Part shown: positions 19,329-27,748 of the stretch, piece by piece
Layout: every line of letters starts with the position of its first letter
How positions within the stretch are numbered: position 1 is the first letter of the stretch
Virus record (IMG/VR): IMGVR_UViG_3300010352_001343
Length of the DNA: 64,000 nucleotides
Source: an uncultured virus (IMG/VR IMGVR_UViG_3300010352_001343)
Lineage: Duplodnaviria > Heunggongvirae > Uroviricota > Caudoviricetes
Strand: one strand, 5' to 3'
Translations under genes and position numbers: made by a program
Notes under the pieces: generated by a model
What the model saw: the letters and a program-made list of their open reading frames with translations, nothing else
What the model was told of the DNA's origin: nothing
Database searches by the model: none

Positions 19329-19387
19329 CAAAAAATTTTAATACAAATATACATTTTATAAAAAAAACTAAAAATTTTTAAGGTTTG

Positions 19388-20893
19388 ATGAAGATAGTTA
19401 AAAAGTTTACTAACCCAGATAGGAAACAGTTTATGTTTTCTGTGGACTACCAATTCGAGTTATTAAAGTATTTGATACATAGTAAAAAATCTCTTATTTA
19501 TATAAATAGGTTAAAAGCCAGTTACTTCTCATTAATAGATCACGCTATTATAGCTGAGGTATTATTTAAAGTAGCAAAAAAATATAAGAAGATACCAGGT
19601 GAAGTGATTTTAATAGATGAGATGGGTAAACTTTTAAATACTAAAGAGTATGTCAATACAGTTACAAAAGAAGATATACCGAATTTAAAAGATCTAATAA
19701 AAAAACTATATGCAAGCGAACTTCAGGATGAGGATATATTGGAATCTTCAATTCTGAAGTTTATAGCGTTTATAGAATTAACAGCTTTAAATGAAGTCTC
19801 AGATTTTACTGATGTAGATTCTTATGAAAGTTACTTAAATAGGATTTCATCTATAGTAAAAAATATTAAAGTTCAGCAGGAAAATACTAAACCATTAACC
19901 ATGATTGCTGATACCTCAACCAGACAATTAAAAAGAAAAATGGACCCAGATGTATGTCCAACACCATATAAACAATGGAATAGATTGACTAATGGGGGTG
20001 GATATCCAAAAGGGTCTATAGTTGTCTTTTTAGATAAAGCTAAAGCCAAGAAAACATTTAATTTAATTAATGTAGCTAGAGGTTATTTGGCAATGAAAAA
20101 GGTGGTTCTTTATATAGATACAGAAAATGGTAAATACCAAATTATGGATCGTATGGTTCAATCAACTTTAAATAAAACCAAGATGGACTTAATCTCTGGT
20201 GATTTTGATAAGTTAGAACGTAGACACATGAGAAAGTATAAAAGGCTTAAATCAGAGTTTATAGTTCAACGTATAATACCATTACATGACGATGCCAATA
20301 CTATAGAAAAGATTATTGATGATTTATTTGTAGAGTTTGGTCTAATTGTAAATGTATTGGTTGTCGATTATGCCGGTAAGATGGCTTCTATCTCTAAAGA
20401 TAAAGAGGATTTTGATAGAATTAGTAATGTTTATATAGACCTAGAGAATCTAGCAATAAAAAAGAATTTGGACATAATTATATCAGCACACCACTTAACT
20501 AGGGAAGGGTCTAAGTTTAAAGAAACTAGGTATGAAGAAAATCATATTGCTGGGTCAATTGCTATCATCAGAAATGTTCAGGTAGTTCTTGGTTTAAATA
20601 GTACAAAAGAGGAAGATGAAAATGGTATACAACGTTGGGAAATTGTAGTTCAACGTGATGGTGTACCAAAAGGTAGGGTAGTATTTAATGTGGATTTACC
20701 AAGACAAAGGATGAAAGAATTAACTAAAGAAGCTAGAGAGAAATATGATGAAACAATGGGTGTATACCTAAATGAATTAATCAATAAGGCTTACAATTCT
20801 TTTGAAGATGATAGTAAGAAAAACTCTAAACCTAAACAGGTTAATCCAGTGGCTGATAAAGATAAATATCAAAAAAGAGGTGGTGATATATGA
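19388..20893 (+). CDS. dnaB: replicative DNA helicase, DnaB/SF4
   Basis: PTPYKQWNRLT.GGG, VLYIDTEN, VLVVDY, motif-H4 region and QRDG; Walker A is atypical. Confidence 0.8.
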   Translation: MKIVKKFTNPDRKQFMFSVDYQFELLKYLIHSKKSLIYINRLKASYFSLIDHAIIAEVLFKVAKKYKKIPGEVILIDEMGKLLNTKEYVNTVTKEDIPNLKDLIKKLYASELQDEDILESSILKFIAFIELTALNEVSDFTDVDSYESYLNRISSIVKNIKVQQENTKPLTMIADTSTRQLKRKMDPDVCPTPYKQWNRLTNGGGYPKGSIVVFLDKAKAKKTFNLINVARGYLAMKKVVLYIDTENGKYQIMDRMVQSTLNKTKMDLISGDFDKLERRHMRKYKRLKSEFIVQRIIPLHDDANTIEKIIDDLFVEFGLIVNVLVVDYAGKMASISKDKEDFDRISNVYIDLENLAIKKNLDIIISAHHLTREGSKFKETRYEENHIAGSIAIIRNVQVVLGLNSTKEEDENGIQRWEIVVQRDGVPKGRVVFNVDLPRQRMKELTKEAREKYDETMGVYLNELINKAYNSFEDDSKKNSKPKQVNPVADKDKYQKRGGDI

Positions 20894-21882
20894 GTAGGTT
20901 AAGTAGAGATACCCAGAGTAAGTTACATACTTATTTTATAAAAACATTAGGTGCCACAGATTATAACCATGGTTGGTTAAAATCAGATTGTCCACATTGT
21001 GGTAAACCCCAAAAGTTTGGAATTAACCTATCACAGAATAGAACTAATTGTTTTGTATGTGGTGAAAAACTAAGTCCAATAAATTTATTAATGATGTTAG
21101 AGGGGTTTCAAACTTTTTCTGAAGCTACTCATTTTTTAAATACTGGTGATTTTTATGATCTCTCTTATAAGGAAACTACAGTACCACTTAAAACCTCCGA
21201 ATCAAGTATAAATTTACCTGAACACTTTGTATTGTTTGGGACTAGGGATAACAGTTATGTTGGTAAAGCAGCTAGGGCTACTTTAATTAAGAGAGGTTTT
21301 AATATTGATGACGTTAGAAAACTTGGTTGGGGTTATTGTAATGATGGAGAATATCTTGGTTATATGATTATACCATTTATAAATGATAATAGGTTGGTAT
21401 ATTTTAATGCAAGGCGTATTCTAGGTTCAGGACCACGATATAATAATCCAAAGAATGAAGATGATGAAATTGGTAAAAGTTATATAATATACAATGAAGA
21501 TGCTCTATACCTTTACAAAAAGGTCTATTTATGTGAAGGTGCTATAAATGCAACAACCATGGGCGAACAAGGTATATCATCTGGTGGTAAAGATATATCT
21601 AAGTATCAAATTAATAAGATTTTACAAAGTCCAGTTGAAAGAGTTGTAATTATGTTTGACTCTGAATGGTTTGCCAAATTAAAAGCTATAGAGTTAGCTT
21701 TACAATTAATACCAATGAAAAAAGTAAAAGTGGTTTTCTTTCCACCAGAAAAAGATGTAAATGATATAGGTAGGAAAAAATCTAAGATACTGGCAAGAGA
21801 AACACCATATATGAATTATAATGATTTAATTAAATTAAAAAATAGAGTAGACAATGAAAAGAATACCCTCAATCCATATTAG
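20890..21882 (+). CDS. dnaG: DNA primase (Zn finger + TOPRIM)
   Basis: CPHC...NCFVCG zinc finger; IIPF, AR, YLCEG and MFD motifs; KDVND. Confidence 0.85.
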   Translation: MSRLSRDTQSKLHTYFIKTLGATDYNHGWLKSDCPHCGKPQKFGINLSQNRTNCFVCGEKLSPINLLMMLEGFQTFSEATHFLNTGDFYDLSYKETTVPLKTSESSINLPEHFVLFGTRDNSYVGKAARATLIKRGFNIDDVRKLGWGYCNDGEYLGYMIIPFINDNRLVYFNARRILGSGPRYNNPKNEDDEIGKSYIIYNEDALYLYKKVYLCEGAINATTMGEQGISSGGKDISKYQINKILQSPVERVVIMFDSEWFAKLKAIELALQLIPMKKVKVVFFPPEKDVNDIGRKKSKILARETPYMNYNDLIKLKNRVDNEKNTLNPY

Positions 21883-22693
21883 GAAAGATGATTTAGAAAA
21901 GGTACTTAGGTTGCATGGACCAATCACTCTTGAAAACATTGATGAGATGTTAAAGGTTTGTAGAAGATACTCTCTTGAAACCAGGAGTATTTTTATTGAT
22001 TCAAAATTAGAAAGACAAAAAATAGAGAAAAGGACTGATTCACCAACTGGTGATGCTAATCTGTTAAGTGATATCATATACTCAGTAAGGGTTAGTTTAA
22101 AACATATTGGGGTAACTAAAATAAAACAGGGTGATAATCAATGGGCTTCTCTAAAAGGACTGGTATCAGTGGTTAATGAATATTGTAATAATAGAGGTAT
22201 ATCAAAGAAAGAGGGTTATACTAACTTTGTTAGAACTGGACTAGAGTTATTAAATAATGGTAAGAAAAAACCAAATTATGCTTTTATCTGTAACAACCTA
22301 TTGCAAATGGCTGATACTATAGCTTGGGAATTAGAAGCTAAATACCTCATTGCAAATGACACCGCCCCAGAAGCTACAGCAGCTTTACATAATACTTATG
22401 TAAGGATGGTATCAGATAGAACTGGTATTTATCAGACCTATAATAAAAATCCAAATGATTATATTAATTTTATTAAAGCACGAGATGTAGCCGATAGTTT
22501 AAATATTGATTATGAGGATTATATTTACTGCCACTTTAAATATCTAGAATTTTGTGGTGGTATACCAAAGATAACAGATTTACATGGTGAGAATGCGACT
22601 AAAAGGGTGATACCATATTTATCAGAAGCACCAAATGTTAAAAGAGATAGTCCAAAAATTGATTGGAGTTCATTTAAAAGTAAAAGAGGATGA
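21854..22693 (+). CDS. hypothetical replication-module protein
   Basis: 279-aa ORF coupled to primase and helicase genes. Confidence 0.6.
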   Translation: MKRIPSIHIRKDDLEKVLRLHGPITLENIDEMLKVCRRYSLETRSIFIDSKLERQKIEKRTDSPTGDANLLSDIIYSVRVSLKHIGVTKIKQGDNQWASLKGLVSVVNEYCNNRGISKKEGYTNFVRTGLELLNNGKKKPNYAFICNNLLQMADTIAWELEAKYLIANDTAPEATAALHNTYVRMVSDRTGIYQTYNKNPNDYINFIKARDVADSLNIDYEDYIYCHFKYLEFCGGIPKITDLHGENATKRVIPYLSEAPNVKRDSPKIDWSSFKSKRG

Positions 22694-24213
22694 TAAAAAT
22701 TTTAATAAAAAACTCGAACCAGTGCCAACTGGATAATTGGGATTACACTGGCCAAGAAGACAAAATAATAAGAAAACTATTTGAAGACTTCTCAATTAAA
22801 CACCCAAACGCTTATTATATAAAGCTAAAGTCAAAAGGTAATTGGGATGGGGTAGTTCATTATATTAACAAAGGTGGTTATTTTAACATTGGTTTATTAA
22901 AAACAGTTTGTAATAAACTAGATGAATACAAAGCTAAATATGTTGTAGAGGATTTAAGAAGACCAATTGGGGTAGAGATTAAAATACCAAGGAAAGTTGG
23001 TAATCTAGAATTACGTGATAGACAGTTACAAGCAGTTGAAACCATATTAAATAATAAAGTTGGTGGTATACCATTTTTGATATGTTCAGCTAACTATTCA
23101 GTTAACTTTGGTAAGTCATTGATATTTTGTGCAATACATAAGGCTTTTCAATTTAAACTAAAAACCATCCTCTTACTTAATGATGCTACACTATTTGACC
23201 AGTTTAAGAATGAAATACCACTTCTATTACCAGAAGAAAGAATCACATTTGTTCAAGGTGGTAAAGTAATGAAATGGTCAAACTTTACTGTAGCAATGGT
23301 ACAATCAGTGGCAAAGAATATTAAGACTTATGAATCAGAGTTAATATCATTTGATATAGTATTACTAGATGAAGCCGATGTCATAGATAATGATACTTAT
23401 AATACTGTAATAAAAAGGTTATACAACTCACTAATAAGGATTGGGTTAAGTGGTACACTATATGCTAATCAACTGAAGAAGTTTGTTATTCACAATATGA
23501 ATGTTAAGTCATTCATTGGCGAAATGGTTGATGAAGTAACTTTAATGGAACAAATAAAAGCTGGATATTCTACTCCGACTATTGTTAAGACAATAGAGTT
23601 ACCAGATAAGAAATATAATAAAGATGACTTATTAATACATGACTACTTAGAACAATATGAGTCAATAGTTATTAATTCTAAGGTATCTTATGATATTATC
23701 AAACAAAGGTTAGATTTTAATTTAAAATATGGGCGAAAACCTTTAATTGTAGTGGCAAAATATATAAAACATTGTGAATTAATCTATAAGTTTTGTAAAG
23801 AACACTATGACTTAAAAATTGGGGTAGTCCATGTTGATATAAATAAAAAAGTAAGGAAAAAAACTTTAGATGATTTTAGGGATGGGAACTTAGATATATT
23901 AGTAACTACTAAAATTATTTTTAGAGGTAAAAACTTACCACTATTAAGGTATGTATTAAATGTTTCATCTATGGACTCTAAAGAAGGAACCATACAATTA
24001 CTTGGTAGGTTAGTTAGGAAACATACTAAAAAAACAAAAGCCTACATAGATGATATAATCTTTCCAGGAACCTATTTAATAAGACATGGCCATCATCGGA
24101 AAAATTATTATTTGAACCAAGGACTAAAAGTTATACAGCTACCACGAAACAAGAAGAAACGGCGTAAAAAATACCTTAAAGATAATCCAAAAACTATTAA
24201 AAATAAAAAATAA
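22690..24213 (+). CDS. superfamily 2 helicase (UvsW-like)
   Basis: LRDRQ, FGKS, LLDEAD, GLSGT, RG.N.P, QLLGRLVR motifs. Confidence 0.85.
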   Translation: MIKILIKNSNQCQLDNWDYTGQEDKIIRKLFEDFSIKHPNAYYIKLKSKGNWDGVVHYINKGGYFNIGLLKTVCNKLDEYKAKYVVEDLRRPIGVEIKIPRKVGNLELRDRQLQAVETILNNKVGGIPFLICSANYSVNFGKSLIFCAIHKAFQFKLKTILLLNDATLFDQFKNEIPLLLPEERITFVQGGKVMKWSNFTVAMVQSVAKNIKTYESELISFDIVLLDEADVIDNDTYNTVIKRLYNSLIRIGLSGTLYANQLKKFVIHNMNVKSFIGEMVDEVTLMEQIKAGYSTPTIVKTIELPDKKYNKDDLLIHDYLEQYESIVINSKVSYDIIKQRLDFNLKYGRKPLIVVAKYIKHCELIYKFCKEHYDLKIGVVHVDINKKVRKKTLDDFRDGNLDILVTTKIIFRGKNLPLLRYVLNVSSMDSKEGTIQLLGRLVRKHTKKTKAYIDDIIFPGTYLIRHGHHRKNYYLNQGLKVIQLPRNKKKRRKKYLKDNPKTIKNKK

Positions 24214-24214
24214 T

Positions 24215-24571
24215 ATGAAAAACAGCGACGAAAAAGATCTACTTGAACCAGTAGATATTACTGCAATTGGTTCAGATAAAGATCCTTGCTTTGGTAAAGG
24301 GTTTGATTTAAGAACTAAAGAATGTCAATCATGTGGTGATTCAGAATTATGCGTAATGAAAACCTCACAAAAACTTGGTAAAACTAGGGAAGAACTAGAA
24401 TTGAAAAGTGAGTTCCTAGATTCTTCTATATCAGATGAAGATGGTATTAAAAAGTTTATGAGGAAATTAAAACGTAAAGAATTAACTAAGAAACAAATAC
24501 TTGATAAAACTCAAACTAAATATGAGTTAACCAGGAAAGAAGTAAGAAGACTTTATAAAACCTTAAAATAG
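24215..24571 (+). CDS. small Cys-rich protein
   Basis: PCFG......ECQSCGDSELC motif; basic C-terminus. Confidence 0.6.
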   Translation: MKNSDEKDLLEPVDITAIGSDKDPCFGKGFDLRTKECQSCGDSELCVMKTSQKLGKTREELELKSEFLDSSISDEDGIKKFMRKLKRKELTKKQILDKTQTKYELTRKEVRRLYKTLK

Positions 24572-24573
24572 TT

Positions 24574-25128
24574 ATGTTAAATATTCAATTTGTAAAAACA
24601 AGAGATGTAATCTCACCACAACGATCAAGTTTAGAAGAGGCTGGTATAGATTTCTTTATACCTACATTCTCACAAGTTTTCTTTAATGACCTTAATAAAT
24701 GTAATCCACTTCATGGGAGACATTATACTATCTTAAATAGGCCAGGCTCCGAACCAGAGATTGAATTATTAAAAGGTGGAAGGATTTTAATACCATCTGG
24801 TATCAAGGTATATTTACCATTTAAAACCTGTTTACAAGTAAATAATAAAAGTGGGGTCTCTAGTAAAGAAGGTTTAATATACACCGCACAAGTAATTGAT
24901 GCCACCTACTATGGAGAAGTCCATCTTGGAGTAGCTAATATCTCAAATAAGTCTGTATTCTTAACTAGCGGTAAAAAGTTATTACAGATGCTACATCTAC
25001 CAATATATACCTCAGAAATGCAAGAAGTTGGTATAGATGAATATGATGAATTAGTAAAACTAAGACCAACAGAGAGAGGTGATAATGGGTTTGGTTCAAA
25101 TTATGAGCAATTAAAAAATAAACAATAA
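24574..25128 (+). CDS. dut: trimeric dUTPase
   Basis: AGIDF, IPSGI, KSG, VIDATYYGE, RGDNGFGS (motifs 1-5). Confidence 0.9.
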   Translation: MLNIQFVKTRDVISPQRSSLEEAGIDFFIPTFSQVFFNDLNKCNPLHGRHYTILNRPGSEPEIELLKGGRILIPSGIKVYLPFKTCLQVNNKSGVSSKEGLIYTAQVIDATYYGEVHLGVANISNKSVFLTSGKKLLQMLHLPIYTSEMQEVGIDEYDELVKLRPTERGDNGFGSNYEQLKNKQ

Positions 25129-25139
25129 AACAACTAAAG

Positions 25140-26018
25140 ATGGATTCAAGAGACATTAAAGAAGAACCAAGAATTGATTCTCATTACTTAGAGAGTATGT
25201 TCTTAATGCAAGAAGATTTAATTAAAAGTTATTCTAGGATAGAGAATATACCTCTACCACCAATTGATGTAAACACTAAAAAATCTCAGTCAATAATTAA
25301 AGATTTTTCAGCCAGGATAATTGAAGAATTATCTGAAGGCTTTGAAAGTTATGAAGCTATTTATCAAAGCTTATCAACACACCAATTGTTCTTCAATAGA
25401 TCACCCAGGGATTTTGAAGAAGTAGTAAGAAGTTTTCAAAACTTACAAAACTTAAGTGAAGAATTGGCTGATGCTATTCATTTCTATTTAGAGTTATTGA
25501 TTTATGTAAATGTTGGCCCAGATGATATCATCAGTTATATTGAGAAGTTTGTACCAGAGGTAGTTATTGAGAAATCTCTCTTCCAAGAAACCCTTACTGA
25601 TATAATGGAGACCGGTTCTATTCTTATAAGAAGAAAATATCCAGAAGTAGATATCTTCAAACAATCAATCAATCAAGTAGATTTATACAAGGTTGCTGAG
25701 GATTTTGATTTTGGTATTACTCATCATAAATTAAAAACTTTAGGTTCAGTAATTACTATGAATGGAGAAGTACTACATAAATGTATTTTGTGGGACATTA
25801 CTCACCACATCAATATAGCTAGAAACTTTTTAAAAAATAAACCATGGAAACAAACACAAATGTTGACCCAGGAAGCTGCATTCCAAGGTGAATTAGTTAG
25901 GGGGTTTATTTTGTTAATGGGTTATTTAGCTATATTAGGTGGAGATGCAGGATTGGTATATTATATTTATTTTAAGAAGAATCTAGTAAATAGGTTTAGA
26001 ATTGAAAGTAAATACTAA
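25140..26018 (+). CDS. all-alpha dNTP pyrophosphatase (dimeric dUTPase/dCTPase, T4 gp56-like), internally duplicated
   Basis: EELSE, EELADAIHF, KPWK and YFKKNLVNRFR...Y motifs. Confidence 0.75.
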   Translation: MDSRDIKEEPRIDSHYLESMFLMQEDLIKSYSRIENIPLPPIDVNTKKSQSIIKDFSARIIEELSEGFESYEAIYQSLSTHQLFFNRSPRDFEEVVRSFQNLQNLSEELADAIHFYLELLIYVNVGPDDIISYIEKFVPEVVIEKSLFQETLTDIMETGSILIRRKYPEVDIFKQSINQVDLYKVAEDFDFGITHHKLKTLGSVITMNGEVLHKCILWDITHHINIARNFLKNKPWKQTQMLTQEAAFQGELVRGFILLMGYLAILGGDAGLVYYIYFKKNLVNRFRIESKY

Positions 26019-26019
26019 A

Positions 26020-26790
26020 ATGATTTTTTCTAATTTTATGGAGGCTTGGGAGGTTATCAATTTAATGGTAATCTCCCCTTCTCTTCTTCAAAAGAAGAGG
26101 TATCATGTGGTTGAATTACCAAAAGCTAAATATTTTTATAATGTGACCTTTGAGGTATTAGATCCTAAAGTAGACCCAAAATTTAACTTCGGCAGACATT
26201 TTAATTATACTATGTCCAAATGGACTAGTCTAGTGAAAAATTATGTTGATATAAATATTCTATCAGAATTTAAAAAAGAAATTCTAGGAAATAATAAAAA
26301 GGTCTATAATCTATCATACCAATTCACTAATAATCATAAGCACGGAAAACAATGTTTAATATCATTTACAGTAACCAAAAAGCCATTAAAAAATAGCAAA
26401 CCACAATTATCTGTTTATATGAGGGCTTCAGAAGTAACTAAAAGGTTAATATGTGACTTCTTATTAATACAGAGGATTGGTGAATACTTATTTGATGGTA
26501 GAGAATTTACAGTTGTTTTCAACATAGTTCAAATGTTTAATGATGAGACAGTTTTATTGATGTTTCATTCTTATAAAGATATCAGACCAATACTTAATGA
26601 GAAAATTAAAAAGAATGGAAATAATGCTAAATCTGAGATTGCCTTACTTAAGAATCTGAATGAGTTCGAGAAGAAGGACCCTAAAGATGTTAAATATAAA
26701 GTTCATAAAAGAGCTTTAAAAGTTTTGAGGCCAGACCTTTTCAAATACCCAAAAACACTGGCTTCAGAATGTAGACTCCCAATTAATTAA
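26020..26790 (+). CDS. divergent thymidylate-synthase-fold protein
   Basis: QCL (catalytic Cys position), L.VYMRASEVTKRLICD aligns with the TS RSxD-x7-N/D motif; ATG at 26020. Confidence 0.6.
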   Translation: MIFSNFMEAWEVINLMVISPSLLQKKRYHVVELPKAKYFYNVTFEVLDPKVDPKFNFGRHFNYTMSKWTSLVKNYVDINILSEFKKEILGNNKKVYNLSYQFTNNHKHGKQCLISFTVTKKPLKNSKPQLSVYMRASEVTKRLICDFLLIQRIGEYLFDGREFTVVFNIVQMFNDETVLLMFHSYKDIRPILNEKIKKNGNNAKSEIALLKNLNEFEKKDPKDVKYKVHKRALKVLRPDLFKYPKTLASECRLPIN

Positions 26791-26807
26791 TATTAAACTA
26801 TTATATA

Positions 26808-27023
26808 ATGAAAACAGAAGACATTAAACAAGTAAGGATAATAGATACCTTTGGTACTACTACTATGGGAGTACAAAATTCTATATTTAATGATGGTATT
26901 CTAACATTAGAAATTGATAGACATCATCATAAAATGTTTGAGCCACATAACCATACTGGCCAACCACTTACTGACCAAGAATACATTGATACATTAAAAC
27001 TAAAAACTAAAAAAGATGAGTAG
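26808..27023 (+). CDS. hypothetical protein
   Basis: ORF track; lies between the two TS paralogues. Confidence 0.55.
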   Translation: MKTEDIKQVRIIDTFGTTTMGVQNSIFNDGILTLEIDRHHHKMFEPHNHTGQPLTDQEYIDTLKLKTKKDE

Positions 27024-27747
27024 AATTTATTCAAATTGCTATGACCTTATGTCTGAAACAGGTCGTAATTTATGGGAAATGGGTGCAATAGTAACCCCAA
27101 AAACGTACCAAAACAAAGTTATCGAAGGTAATGACGATTTTATTACCAAAGAGCTAATCTGTGAACAATATATACTAACTTCACTTGAAAATGAAGAAAT
27201 GTTGTTCATTTATGACCAAGATAGTAAACCATGGGCCAAAGCTGAATTAAGAGAAAGGATTGGTATGAAACCGGTTAATCCAGGTGAAGCTTATCTTGAA
27301 AGAAAACACCTGTGGGAAGAATTTTTAAATGAGTTTAATAGATTTGATTATACTTATGCTGAGAGATTCAACCATAAAGGTAACTTTGAGAGATTAATTG
27401 ATCTCTTAAAAATGGACCCAGATACAAGACAAGGGATTCTACCAGTTTTCAGCCTTGATGATCCATTTAATGCTGGAGGCATTAAACGAATACCTTGTTC
27501 TATGTATTACAGCTTTTTAATTAGAAAAGATGCAAATGGTGAATCAATGTTACATATTAATTATCATCAACGTAGTTGTGACTTTGTTGCACACTTTGGT
27601 AATGATGTATGGTTAGCTTTTAAGATTATGGAATATGTAGCTGGGAGATTAAATATCAAACCTGGTTATTTAACACATACCATTGATAGCTTACATACTT
27701 ATAAAAGAGATTGGTTAAAACTAAAACAATCACTTAACGAAATATAA
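27016..27747 (+). CDS. thymidylate-synthase family, predicted dCMP-modifying enzyme (hydroxymethylase/methylase-like)
   Basis: DYTYAER, DPDTRQ, IPCS, QRSCDFVAHFGND, SLHTY; Asp at the E. coli ThyA Asn177 position. Confidence 0.8.
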   Translation: MSRIYSNCYDLMSETGRNLWEMGAIVTPKTYQNKVIEGNDDFITKELICEQYILTSLENEEMLFIYDQDSKPWAKAELRERIGMKPVNPGEAYLERKHLWEEFLNEFNRFDYTYAERFNHKGNFERLIDLLKMDPDTRQGILPVFSLDDPFNAGGIKRIPCSMYYSFLIRKDANGESMLHINYHQRSCDFVAHFGNDVWLAFKIMEYVAGRLNIKPGYLTHTIDSLHTYKRDWLKLKQSLNEI

Positions 27748-27748
27748 T

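Noticed and set aside
27016..27747. Calling this gene thyA
   Set aside because: Asp rather than Asn at the specificity position argues against canonical dUMP methylation
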